Below are positions 40,283 through 52,449 of a stretch of DNA of 64,000 nucleotides, piece by piece. The translations under genes and the position numbers were made by a program. Under the pieces are notes generated by a model. The model had not been told where the DNA came from and did not search any database. It saw nothing but the letters and a program-made list of their open reading frames with translations. This DNA is from an uncultured bacterium (GTDB taxonomy: Bacteria > Auribacterota > Erginobacteria > Erginobacterales > Erginobacteraceae). Numbering within the stretch: the stretch's first letter is position 1; the number at the start of each line of letters is the position of its first letter. The DNA is taken from contig CAWGIE010000003.1 in assembly GCA_963822585.1 (NCBI GenBank), forward strand, positions 1-64,000, given 5' to 3'.

Positions 40283-40768
40283 TTATAGCTCGACCAGGCG
40301 GGCTTTCATTGTCGTGGTGTCGAGGAGAGCGGCGGTGGCTTTGCCGCTGATCCACCCTCCTCCTTCCCCCGGATTGATGACCAGGGTCTTCCCGCGCCGG
40401 GTGATCTCCGGGCGATGGGTGTGACCGTAAACGATCACGTCATAAACACCGCTTCCGGCCAGGGCGTCAAGCATATCCGGCTCATGGATGAGAAGAATTT
40501 TCTTTCCATCGAACTCACCTTCGTATTTTTTGGAATGAATCTTACCGATTTCCTTGAACCGTTGGGTCAAAAACAGCCTGTCGCCGTCGTTATTCCCGAA
40601 AACCCCGATCAGGGGTGCCTTCAAGGCGCCGAATTCCTTTGCCGTTATCGGGGAGATGATATCGCCTCCATGGAGGACCATCTCCACTGCTTCCCGATTG
40701 AAGATTTCAACGGCGCTCCGGATCTTCGGCATATTCTCATGTGTGTCGGAGATGATCCCGATCTTCAT
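40283..40768 (-). CDS. Metallophosphoesterase, YfcE/MJ0936 family
   Basis: ISDTH, HGGD, GNND, GHTH, NPG motifs. Confidence 0.93.
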   Translation of the reverse strand: MKIGIISDTHENMPKIRSAVEIFNREAVEMVLHGGDIISPITAKEFGALKAPLIGVFGNNDGDRLFLTQRFKEIGKIHSKKYEGEFDGKKILLIHEPDMLDALAGSGVYDVIVYGHTHRPEITRRGKTLVINPGEGGGWISGKATAALLDTTTMKARLVEL

Positions 40769-40962
40769 TGTTTTCTCCGTTCCTCTCCCTCGGCCCCTTT
40801 TTTATTAGCCACAAAGAGGCGCAAGAAACGCAAAAGTATCCTCAACCTCGGCCCCTTAATGAATGTCCAATGCCAAAATTCCAATTTTCAAATGCATCCG
40901 AGTTTTGCGGTAGGTTGCCAATGGAAATTGGTTATTGGTGATTGGCCATTGGAAATTCCGTT

Positions 40963-41379
40963 TTACTCCTTCGTTTCTTTCGAGAGGTCGATGATCAGAT
41001 CGGTCACCTGGGTCTTGATCATATCCCGGACCTCTCGAACCCGTTCGATCGATTGTCCGAACGGATCCGGTGTCGGCCAGTGAATCAGCTGTTCGTGGAG
41101 GAGGTCAGGAAAGATCGATTCGGGGGTCCCCCCCAGGACAATGACCAGATCGGCCCACTCGACCATTTCCCGGGAAAGTTGTTCCGGTTGCTGATGGGAG
41201 ATGTCGATCCCCTCTTCCCGCATGACCTCGATGACGGGAGGGCTGATGAAGTCGATCGCGAATGTCCCCGCGCTCCGGGCATTCATGACCGTTTTTCCCC
41301 AGGCCCGGGCGTATCCTTCAGCCATCTGACTGCGGCAGGAGTTCCCCACGCAGATGAACAAGGCATTTGTTTTCTTCAT
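40963..41379 (-). CDS. LMW-PTPase-fold arsenate reductase-like protein
   Basis: FICVGNSCRSQMAEG P-loop, SAGT, HWPTPDP. Confidence 0.85.
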   Translation of the reverse strand: MKKTNALFICVGNSCRSQMAEGYARAWGKTVMNARSAGTFAIDFISPPVIEVMREEGIDISHQQPEQLSREMVEWADLVIVLGGTPESIFPDLLHEQLIHWPTPDPFGQSIERVREVRDMIKTQVTDLIIDLSKETKE

Positions 41380-41583
41380 GGGGCACGTATTATTCGAACG
41401 TTTCTGGCACAGTGAAGACAGTTCGGATAAAGAACGGAGTGATGGGGTGTTGGAGTGATGGGCGGCGCTCACCGCGTGTTCCCATTACTCCATCACTCCA
41501 GTACTCCATTATTCCATCATATCCAGCGAACTTTTTTCTATCCCCTTTTCCGCCGGGGCGAACTGGACGTCAAGAAGCACCTG

Positions 41584-42561
41584 TCAGTACGCCGTGGTTA
41601 GAGTGAGGTGATAGGGCTTTTCATCCGGGGTGTGCTTCTGCCCGACATACCAGAGCATCCGGTCCACGGCCTGTGAGGTGACCCCGGGATACCGCGGCTG
41701 GATTTGCTCCACGATCATCTCGCAGGCAAGAATAGTGGCGGTCCGGATCTCCAGTTCCTCCCGCGAACGGGCGGGAATTCGACGTTTCTCGTCCACGAAA
41801 CGCTCCAGCCCGGGGGCATACTCCAAAATCCCCCGTTTCCGCAGAACCTGGGGGATCTTATAATCGGCGGAGACGGTAAGCTCCCCGATATCATTGAAAG
41901 CGCCGCTCCCGGTCCCCTGCCAGCGTTCGAACAGCATCGCCGGCGCCAGCTGGGCCCGCTTGAAAAAGAGGAGCCGGTTTCCTTCCCATTCCGCCGAATC
42001 ATCGAAGGACGGTACGCGGGTGACCAGCAGTCTGACCAGATTGACCGCGCTCCCCTCCGCCGCCTTGACCAGATACAAAAAACTTCCCTGAAAATTATCG
42101 GTCAGGACCCGGCCCACCTCGCGGCAGATGGCGATGCGCTGCGAGAGAAGAGGAATCTCCCCCATCCCCCGGAAGATATGTTTCAAATCGCCCTCGCCGA
42201 TCCCGGCCAGGAATGCTCCGTCATGAATGGGGATCCCTTCGTCAAGAGCCCTTTTCAGGGCGGCGAACATCCCCCAGGCGCCGTCGAGCAGCTTGCCCTG
42301 ATATTCCACCGTCCATTTCGGGGTGCCCCAGTAACAGAAATTCAGGGCATTCATGAGCATGAAATAACCGACACCGATTTCATCCGGATAAGGGTAGATG
42401 AAAGGAAGATCCCAGCGGGGATGGGGGAAATCATCCGGGCCGACCTGAGAGCAGAAATTCGTCAGAAACTCCCGGTTAATCCGGACGGAACGGAGTTCCT
42501 TGCCCAGCGGGGCAAGAGAATCGAGGATGTCCTTTTTGCCGTGATACGGAAGGGATTCCAT
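41584..42561 (-). CDS. Queuosine salvage hydrolase (DUF2419/Qng1 family)
   Basis: ALNFCYW, FFKRAQL, LTVSADYKIPQVL, ELEIR, YHLTLTTAY. Confidence 0.88.
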   Translation of the reverse strand: MESLPYHGKKDILDSLAPLGKELRSVRINREFLTNFCSQVGPDDFPHPRWDLPFIYPYPDEIGVGYFMLMNALNFCYWGTPKWTVEYQGKLLDGAWGMFAALKRALDEGIPIHDGAFLAGIGEGDLKHIFRGMGEIPLLSQRIAICREVGRVLTDNFQGSFLYLVKAAEGSAVNLVRLLVTRVPSFDDSAEWEGNRLLFFKRAQLAPAMLFERWQGTGSGAFNDIGELTVSADYKIPQVLRKRGILEYAPGLERFVDEKRRIPARSREELEIRTATILACEMIVEQIQPRYPGVTSQAVDRMLWYVGQKHTPDEKPYHLTLTTAY

Positions 42562-42727
42562 GGCCGATGATTACAGGCTGTTTGTTTTATCCGACCGCGC
42601 AGACACCGGAGATGCCCGATGTCGGCAGCGCGAAAAATTCCGGCGCAGGTGCCTGATCAATACGCGCCCCGCGCCGGCGCATGAGGCATATTGAAAATAA
42701 CTCCCGATCTGTGTAGTATACCATGAC

Positions 42728-44242
42728 ATGACCGATTACCAAGAAAAAAGGGGAGCCGATCCGGACCGTCATCCGGAGGGACGGATCGGGATTGATGTCA
42801 CGCGCCGGATGATGGTTTTTGCGGGGCGTCACCGACTCTGGAAAAAAGGCCAGGGCATCCTGGTGGCCGTCTCAGGTGGCGCCGACTCGGTCGCCCTGCT
42901 TCATCTGCTCCATCGGCTCAGCCGGCGTCTCGATTTCGATCTGCGGGTGGTCCACCTTGATCACGGGTTGCGGGGCCCCGCATCGCGGGAAGACGCCCGC
43001 TGGGTTCGCGGCCTGGCTGATCGGCTGGAGGTTCCCTGTATCTCGGAACGACGTGATGTGCCGGCCATGAGACGGATAACCGGCCGTTCACCGGAAGACG
43101 CCGCCCGGATGGTACGGTACGCTTTTTTACGGGAGGTTTCCGAGCGAACAGGGATTACCACCGTGGCTCTCGGTCATCATGCGGACGACCAGGCGGAGAC
43201 GCTTCTGTTGAGGCTGATCCGGGGTGGAAGCCCGCGAAGCATGGGGGGCATGCGCCCGCTCCGGAAGGAAGGCGCCCTGAATTTTATCCGGCCCCTCCTA
43301 TCGATCCGGAAGCCGGAACTGCGGAGTTACCTGGATAAAATCGGCCAGCCGTTCCGGGAGGATCTGACAAACCGGGATGACCGGTACCTGCGAAACCGGA
43401 TCCGGCATCATTTACTCCCCTTGCTGGAAGCCCAGTACAGCCCGAAGATCAGGGAGATCCTGGTTCACCTGGCGGAGATGGAGCGAGAGCGTGACGATTT
43501 TATCGTCGCCCGGCTGCGCCCGACTCTCTCGCCGGTTTCCCCGTCGGCAGGTCCCGTGCTCGACTGCGCTCTCTTCCGGAAGCTCACCCGTTTTGAGCAG
43601 GGGGAGGTGTTGCGGGACTTCCTGTGGAAAGCCGGCGTGGAGAAAGCTCATCGCCGCCATTTCCTCCATCTGGAGAGTATCATCGAAGGGCCCTCCGGCC
43701 GGAGATTGAATCTGAGCGCGCAGATCACTGTTTTGAAGGAATATGATCGTGTGATCACGGTTCCACCCGCGGCCCCCCCCCCTCTTCACCCCCTCCGCCT
43801 GCCGGTTCCGGGGGACGTTGTCATCAAGGAAATCGGGGCCCGCATCATCGCCCGGGAATACCCGCGGCCCGGTTCCCTGGCAGTTACCCAGGCAGTCCAT
43901 CTGAAAAAGTACTGGGAGATGTATCCCCGCGGCGGTATTCTGAAGGAATACCTCGATCGGGATCGGGTTATCCCTCCTTTTACGGTCAGAAGCCGGCTTC
44001 CCGGGGATCGGTACTCTCCCCTGGGGATGAAAGGCAGCAGGACAGTGAAAGAGATTATGATCTCCGCCCGGGTGCCGCTCACCCGCCGTCACCTGGTCCC
44101 GGTGGTTGAGGACACCGAAAAGATACTCTGGCTTGCTGGTTACCGGCCGGAAAACCGCTGTCGTGTACGGGAAGAAACAAAGACCATCCTGGAGTTGAGT
44201 CTTATTCCATTATCCGGTGATAGCCGGATCCCGGTGACTTGA
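42728..44242 (+). CDS. tilS: tRNA(Ile)-lysidine synthetase
   Basis: VAVSGGADS, LDHGLR, GHHADDQAET, RPLL, RNRIRH. Confidence 0.96.
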   Translation: MTDYQEKRGADPDRHPEGRIGIDVTRRMMVFAGRHRLWKKGQGILVAVSGGADSVALLHLLHRLSRRLDFDLRVVHLDHGLRGPASREDARWVRGLADRLEVPCISERRDVPAMRRITGRSPEDAARMVRYAFLREVSERTGITTVALGHHADDQAETLLLRLIRGGSPRSMGGMRPLRKEGALNFIRPLLSIRKPELRSYLDKIGQPFREDLTNRDDRYLRNRIRHHLLPLLEAQYSPKIREILVHLAEMERERDDFIVARLRPTLSPVSPSAGPVLDCALFRKLTRFEQGEVLRDFLWKAGVEKAHRRHFLHLESIIEGPSGRRLNLSAQITVLKEYDRVITVPPAAPPPLHPLRLPVPGDVVIKEIGARIIAREYPRPGSLAVTQAVHLKKYWEMYPRGGILKEYLDRDRVIPPFTVRSRLPGDRYSPLGMKGSRTVKEIMISARVPLTRRHLVPVVEDTEKILWLAGYRPENRCRVREETKTILELSLIPLSGDSRIPVT

Positions 44243-44707
44243 AAAAATGGAGGGAACAAGACCATGGAGTAATGGAATGATGAAGTGATGGAAGAGCATC
44301 TCGTACACCGGTTGCCCGGGCTCAGCATCCATGATTCCACCATTCCATCACTCCACTATTCCGCGTTGCCTCAACTGATGATTATCCAGGCTCTCGACGA
44401 GATAGACACCCCCCAGCGAACCATGTCTGTTTTATTATTGTCTTGCCCCTGCAATCTGGTATATCGTACTGTTTGAGCGCATCGGGCATTTTTGTTGTCT
44501 AATTGAACGTACCCTCGCCGACGGCGTACAAGAAGGTGATGTCGATTACCGCTCAGTCCTGAATTATTGGATTCATACTAATCCCATAGCTATCAAAAAG
44601 TTCAAACTATTTTGCAAATTATTACCTGAATGAATTTGCGAGCCCCGATTTTATCCCGATTAAGACTTCGGGACGGAGACGGGGTAGACTACGCGAGTTA
44701 ATTTATT

Positions 44708-46705
<1,998 letters not shown>

Positions 46706-46721
46706 GAGTGGCCGACAGCCC

Positions 46722-47748
46722 ATGACCAAAACCCCGGCACGCGCTTTGTTTCGCCTCGAATGGAGATCCCGCCCGGGACACGGTTATCATCTCTCTCTGG
46801 GGAGCGAAACGGTAATCATGGGGGTGCTTAATCTGACCCCTGATTCGTTTTATGACGGGGGCCGTTACCCCGATCCCGCCGCCGCGATTGAACGGGCCCT
46901 GGCGATGGCGGAAGCGGGCGCCGGGATTATCGACCTGGGGGGCGAGTCAACGCGTCCGGGGGCGGAACCGGTTGCCGCTGCCGAGGAACTGCGCAGAGTA
47001 ATGCCGGTCCTGGAGGGGCTTGCCGGACGTCTCCCGGTACCGGTATCGATCGATACCTGTAAGGCGGAAGTGGCCGCCCGGGCGCTGGAAGCGGGGGCTC
47101 AGATCGTTAACGACATCAGCGCCCTGGCCCGCGATCCCGACCTGGCTGCCGTGGTGGCGGATGCCCCCGGTCCATACATTATGATGCATATGCGGGGCAC
47201 TCCGAGAACCATGCAGGACCGGCCCCGCTATCGGGATGTCGTGGGGGAGTTGAAGGAATTTTTCCGGGAGCGGCTCGCGTTTGCTTCGGCGGCCGGGATT
47301 GATCCGCGGCCGGATTATCATCGATCCGGGGATCGGTTTCGGAAAAACACTCGAACATAATCTTGAGATCATCGCCGGCCTGCCGCTTCTGGCGGATCTG
47401 GGTTGCCCGATTGCGATCGGGCCTTCCCGGAAATCATTCATCGGGGCGATACTCGACAAGCCGCCCCGTGACCGTCTCTGGGGGACCGCGGCGGCGGTCG
47501 CCGCATCCATTATCGGGGGGGCCCACATTGTCCGGGTTCATGATGTCGGGGAGATGAAGGACGTTGCCGCGGTCATGGATCAGATTATTAATCAAAGATG
47601 GACGTCGAACGTTCAACGTCCAACCCCGCAAAGCGGGGTAAACTTCGAATTTATCCGCCAGTGGCGGACGTCGAACGAAAAGCGGCGAAAAGAAATTGTC
47701 CACGGAATCTCGCCGATAAAATTTTGCGACAAAGGAGCAGAATTTTAA
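46722..47748 (+). CDS. folP: Dihydropteroate synthase, +1 frameshift near 47304
   Basis: MGVLNLTPDSFYDGG, GESTRPG, IDPGIGFGK, SRKSF, RVHDV; removing one C gives GIDRGRIIIDPG. Confidence 0.93.
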
Positions 47749-47749
47749 A

Positions 47750-48490
47750 ATGATCAGATTGGCCACAGCCGGTATCGAGATCGCCATTCTCATTATTCTC
47801 TGCTATTACTTTCTTGTCTTCATCCGGGCGACCGGGGCGGTCCAGGCGCTGAAAGGCATCGCCCTTCTGGCCCTGACCTTCGGCCTGGCCCGTCTGATCC
47901 ATCTTGATGTCCTGTTTTCGCTCTTCTCCCGGACCTTTTCCTATCTCTTCCTATCGTTTGTCATTATTTTCGCCCCGGAACTTCGCCGGGCCCTGGCCGA
48001 GCTGGGGCGCCAGAGGATCTTCAGCAGCGTCTCCATCGGAGATCGGGTCATTGATGACGTGGTCAGCGCGGTGACGGAGCTCTCCCGGAAGAAGATCGGA
48101 GCCCTGATCGCTCTGCAGCGGGATATCGGGCTGGGGGTTTGGGTTCAATCGGGCGTTTACATGAACAGCGAGATAAGCAGCAAGCTCCTGGTCAGCATAT
48201 TCATGCCCTTCGGCCCTCTTCACGACGGTGGCGTGGTGATAAAAGGGGACACGATCATCGCCGCCGCCTGTCTTTTCCCGTTCACCCGGAAGAGCGCCTT
48301 TACCGAGGGTCTGGGTATGCGGCACAAAGCCGGTTTGGGTCTGGCGGAAGCGACGGATGCCCTGGTTATCATCGTCTCGGAAGAAAAAGGGACCGTTTCC
48401 GTGGCCTTCCGGGCCCGCCTGATCCGGGATGTTTCCGAAGACGAACTGCGGAAGTTGTTGGCAGAAAACCTGCATCTGAAACGGAGATAA
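47750..48490 (+). CDS. cdaA: Diadenylate cyclase CdaA
   Basis: 3 TMs, FAPELRRAL, PLHDGG, GMRHKAG, VSEE. Confidence 0.92.
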   Translation: MIRLATAGIEIAILIILCYYFLVFIRATGAVQALKGIALLALTFGLARLIHLDVLFSLFSRTFSYLFLSFVIIFAPELRRALAELGRQRIFSSVSIGDRVIDDVVSAVTELSRKKIGALIALQRDIGLGVWVQSGVYMNSEISSKLLVSIFMPFGPLHDGGVVIKGDTIIAAACLFPFTRKSAFTEGLGMRHKAGLGLAEATDALVIIVSEEKGTVSVAFRARLIRDVSEDELRKLLAENLHLKRR

Positions 48491-48492
48491 AC

Positions 48493-49464
48493 ATGCTCTC
48501 GGTTATTAAGCGCTGGATCCGCCACAACCTGTTTTTGAAGGTGCTGGCCCTGATCATCGGGACGGTCGTCTGGGTTGTCGCATCCCACTGGGTATATGAG
48601 ACCAGAACGATGATGGTGCCGGTAGAGCTGACCCTCGCTCCCGGGATGACCCTGAAGAACATCGTTCCACCGGCGATTTCCGTGACGCTTGAATACCCGC
48701 GGGAGGCGGTCGCCTGGGAAGAAGTGAACGTGAACGCAATCAAGGTAGTCCACGATCTCAGCAAGACCAGGACGCCGGGGCGGATTGTCTTCGATCTGCA
48801 GGATAACGATGTCAAGAACCTCTCCCGGTTCCGGGTGGTGGCGCTCAATCCTTCCCGGATCACGGCGGAGCTCGATCATCTGGCGGAAAAGGTGCTCCCG
48901 GTCAAGGTGGCTTACAAGGGTACCCCCCGCCGCGGCTTTCGGGTTGCCGGCCAACGGGTCATCCCCCCGGAAGTCCGCGTCCCCGGGCCGGAAAGCCTGC
49001 TCGGAAATATGACCGAGATCGAGACCGATCCGGTCAGCGTGATGGGCCGGGAGATCACCTTCGATGAAACGGTCTCCCTGAAACCGATCAACCCTTTTTC
49101 AAAAGAAGAGAGGCAGAAGGTTACCGTTGTTGTCATTCTCCGCCAGGAACTGAAGGAACGATCCTTCAAAGACGTGGGGGTTGATATCCTCAAGGAATCC
49201 GGTCGCGCGGGGAATATTCAGATTATCCCGAAGACTGTCGATCTTTATCTGAAAGGTCCCGACCAGGTTATCAACACCGTCACCGCCAACGACATCCGGG
49301 TCTATGTGGATGTCATCGGCCTGGAGCCGGGTCCCTGGGAGCTTCCCCTCCAGACGGCTTTTCCACCGGAGGTAGTGCTGGATCGGGCCGAACCCGCGAT
49401 CGTCAAGGTAACCCTGGAACAGGGGCCCGGCGGTCTGCTTGGTCCGGGAACGGTTATTAAATAA
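48493..49464 (+). CDS. cdaR: CdaR/YbbR-domain regulator
   Basis: NLFLKVLAL TM then YbbR-like repeats; directly after cdaA. Confidence 0.88.
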   Translation: MLSVIKRWIRHNLFLKVLALIIGTVVWVVASHWVYETRTMMVPVELTLAPGMTLKNIVPPAISVTLEYPREAVAWEEVNVNAIKVVHDLSKTRTPGRIVFDLQDNDVKNLSRFRVVALNPSRITAELDHLAEKVLPVKVAYKGTPRRGFRVAGQRVIPPEVRVPGPESLLGNMTEIETDPVSVMGREITFDETVSLKPINPFSKEERQKVTVVVILRQELKERSFKDVGVDILKESGRAGNIQIIPKTVDLYLKGPDQVINTVTANDIRVYVDVIGLEPGPWELPLQTAFPPEVVLDRAEPAIVKVTLEQGPGGLLGPGTVIK

Positions 49465-49633
49465 AATGACTCTCGTTAATATTTAAGGGTGACTCAAAAT
49501 TATCTGGGCTTGCCGGGTTATCTGGAAATGCTAATGACGAAATTCGAATGACCCCGATTACATCGGGGCGGAGCGAAACCCGAATGAAATCACAATGACA
49601 ACAGTGATGCAGGACAGCTGATTAAAAACCAGG

Positions 49634-50908
49634 ATGGCAATAATGAAAAGATTGATAACAACCCTACTGATTTTGGTACTGACCGGTTTTGTCCTTTCCC
49701 CGTCCTTGCTGGCTGACATCAACAACCCTACTTTGAACGAGTACGTGTACCTGGGCCAGTACTACGCCCAGGTCGGGGAGTCAGAAAAGGCGATCGAGAA
49801 TTATGAAGACCTGATCCGCAAGCATCCCTGCACCAAGGAGGCGGAAGGAGCCTGGATGAATTTAGGGGATATTTACGTATCTCTTCTGCGGCAAAAACAG
49901 GCTGCTCTGACGGCCCTTTCCGGCGGGATTGAAAAGACCGAGCTTGAGGGCAAAATCAGGGATCTGCGGGCGGAGAAGACCGGTCTGCGGCAGAAGGCGG
50001 TTACATCCTTTCAGACGGTGGTAAAATCATTCCCCGATTCGGCGGGGCTGGCCCTGGTCCGGCTCGGCCGACTTTACGCTTTTCAAAGTCCGGGACAGGA
50101 AGAAGAAGGAAGAACGATCTTCCGGCAGGTAATGAACGACTTTCCCGAAGAGGCCGGGCGGGCGGCCCTCTTCCTGGGGGACTCCTATCTCCGCCAGGGA
50201 AAATGGGAAGAGGCCAAAAACGCCTACCAGCAGGCGGAATTTTTTTTCCCGGAGGTCGCGGTCCGGGCCCAGGTACTGGTTGCCCGGGTTGATCGTGAAC
50301 TGAAAGAATTTTCCTCGGCGGTGAACGATCTTTCTCCGGTAGTCAACATTCTCGGCATTGATGGGCTTTTTACCGAATACCGGTGGAAGGGGAGCATTAT
50401 GCGAGAGGCGATTGAGCTGAGCGCGGAGAGCATGACGGAAGAGGGAAACCCGGAACTCGCGATCGAGAATCTAAAAGACATTATCGAACGGTATCCCTCC
50501 ACCAATATCGCCCTGGCCACGCGGCTCTATCTGGCCCGGCTCTATGAGGGAGAAGGGAATCGGGACCAGGCCCTCCAGGAACTGGACCGGGTAGTCTCCG
50601 GATATCCGAAGAGCCTTTACGCCGCCCGTGCTTCCCTGCAAAAAGCCGGGATTCTACCCGCGGAAGAATCGATCGCCGTCTATGAAGGTCTCCGGAAGCG
50701 TTACCCCCGAAGCATGTTCTGGGTAACGGCAACCCGGGGCCTGACCGGCAGATACCTGGAACAGGCCGATAAAGCAGCCACGGATAAGGAAAAAATTCCC
50801 CTCCGCCAGCGCGCCGGCGCCCTCGCCCGGGAGATCATCGGGAAATATCCCTGCTCCCCGCAGGCCGTCCAGGTGCGTGAGTTCATGGCAGCAAATAAAC
50901 TGAAGTAA
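49634..50908 (+). CDS. Exported tetratricopeptide-repeat protein
   Basis: Signal peptide; repeated LG..Y......A...Y......(Y/F)P motifs. Confidence 0.85.
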   Translation: MAIMKRLITTLLILVLTGFVLSPSLLADINNPTLNEYVYLGQYYAQVGESEKAIENYEDLIRKHPCTKEAEGAWMNLGDIYVSLLRQKQAALTALSGGIEKTELEGKIRDLRAEKTGLRQKAVTSFQTVVKSFPDSAGLALVRLGRLYAFQSPGQEEEGRTIFRQVMNDFPEEAGRAALFLGDSYLRQGKWEEAKNAYQQAEFFFPEVAVRAQVLVARVDRELKEFSSAVNDLSPVVNILGIDGLFTEYRWKGSIMREAIELSAESMTEEGNPELAIENLKDIIERYPSTNIALATRLYLARLYEGEGNRDQALQELDRVVSGYPKSLYAARASLQKAGILPAEESIAVYEGLRKRYPRSMFWVTATRGLTGRYLEQADKAATDKEKIPLRQRAGALAREIIGKYPCSPQAVQVREFMAANKLK

Positions 50909-51032
50909 CTATTTGCCACCAAGACACGAAGTCACCAAGAAAAGATAGAGGACAGTAAACTTTCACCTTATTTGGTTTTTCTTGGTGTCTTGGTGCCTTA
51001 GTGGCAAAGTTACGAGCGTGGTGAGCTAAGGC

Positions 51033-51761
51033 ATGAGTAAAGAGATTAAATTAGGGGTAAACATCGATCACGTGGCCACCATCCGGGAAGCCCGGAAGGG
51101 AGATGAACCCGACCCGGTCTGGGCGGCGGCGATCTGCGAACTCGCCGGAGCCGATATCATCACGGTCCATCTCCGGGAGGACCGTCGCCATATCAACGAC
51201 CGGGATCTGCTGCTTCTGAAACAGACCGTGCGGACCAAGCTTAACCTGGAGATGGCGGATACCGAAGAGATTATCGGGATCGCCCTCAAGGTGAAGCCGG
51301 AACAGGTAACGTTGGTCCCGGAAAAACGCCAGGAGGTAACCACCGAAGGGGGGCTGGATGTCCGGTCGAACACGGATTCACTCTCGGCGGCGGCGGAGAA
51401 GTTCCGCAAAGCCGGAATTCTGGTCAGCTATTTCATCGACCCGGTGGAGGATCAGCTCAAGGCCAGCCGGGATTCCGGCGCCGATTTTATCGAGCTGCAC
51501 ACCGGAGCCTTTGCCAACGCCCTTGGTGAGGCGGCAATCGAGAGCGAGTTCGAAAAGCTCCTCTTTGCCGCCGGGCGGGGAGGAGAGCTGGGCCTGCGGA
51601 TCAACGCCGGCCACGGCCTCAACTACCTGAACGTGAAGCGGATCCTCTCTCTTCCCCACCTGGAAGAACTCCACATCGGCCACAGCATCATCTCCCGGGC
51701 CGTCTTCGTCGGCCTTGGGCCGGCCGTGGTCGAAATGCGTAACGTAATCCGGGAAGGGTGA
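51033..51761 (+). CDS. pdxJ: Pyridoxine 5'-phosphate synthase
   Basis: [33 protein letters not shown]. Confidence 0.97.
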   Translation: MSKEIKLGVNIDHVATIREARKGDEPDPVWAAAICELAGADIITVHLREDRRHINDRDLLLLKQTVRTKLNLEMADTEEIIGIALKVKPEQVTLVPEKRQEVTTEGGLDVRSNTDSLSAAAEKFRKAGILVSYFIDPVEDQLKASRDSGADFIELHTGAFANALGEAAIESEFEKLLFAAGRGGELGLRINAGHGLNYLNVKRILSLPHLEELHIGHSIISRAVFVGLGPAVVEMRNVIREG

Positions 51762-51935
51762 TTCACAATTTTTGCCATGGGTGGATATAAATTTACCACG
51801 AAGATCACGAAGTACACGAAGAAAAGCTCGGGATGAGGCTCATTCCCATCTGAAATTCCTTCGTGATCTTCGTGTACTTCGTGGTTTTATTTGCCCGGTA
51901 TGATTATGTTTTTAGTGTTAGCAAAGGGTTAAGAC

Positions 51936-52325
51936 ATGATTCTGGGGATCGGGATAGATATTATTGAAGTCCAGCGAGTGGAGAAGCTGCTCGAGAAGTG
52001 GGGGGAGAATTTTGCCCGCCGGGTCTTCCTTCCGGAGGAGATCGCGTACTGCCGGAAAAAGAGTTATCCGGCCCAGCACTATGCCGCCCGGCTCGCGGTC
52101 AAAGAGGCGGTCATGAAAGCCTTCGGCGAGGGGTGGACGGAGAAGATCGGCTGGAAGGATATCATGGTGAAGCGGAGCCAGAAGGGACAGCCCGAGATAG
52201 AATTGATTGGGAAGGGGAAGAGACTGAAAGAAGAGAAAGGGGTGGAATCGATCCTCATTAGTCTCTCCCATGCCGGTGACTACTCGGTGGCACAAGCGAT
52301 CATTATAAAAGGAGTAATAGAGTGA
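51936..52325 (+). CDS. acpS: Holo-ACP synthase
   Basis: GIGIDII, AVKEAVMKA, ISLSH. Confidence 0.95.
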   Translation: MILGIGIDIIEVQRVEKLLEKWGENFARRVFLPEEIAYCRKKSYPAQHYAARLAVKEAVMKAFGEGWTEKIGWKDIMVKRSQKGQPEIELIGKGKRLKEEKGVESILISLSHAGDYSVAQAIIIKGVIE

Positions 52326-52449
52326 TGGAATGGTGGAGTGATGGAAGCCGGGCTTCCAATATTCCAGTACTCCAATACTCCATCACTCCACTTTAACATA
52401 CGGATTGAGGCCCGGGCCAGGGAGAAACCGTAACCCACAAGGATTTTTT

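Noticed and set aside
44474..44556. Hairpin upstream of ftsH as riboswitch or thermometer
   Set aside because: Pairing is imperfect, it lies far from the start codon, and no recognisable aptamer motif is present.
46722..47748. Programmed frameshift or true pseudogene in folP
   Set aside because: No slippery sequence, both halves are intact, and similar single-base indels occur elsewhere in the window.
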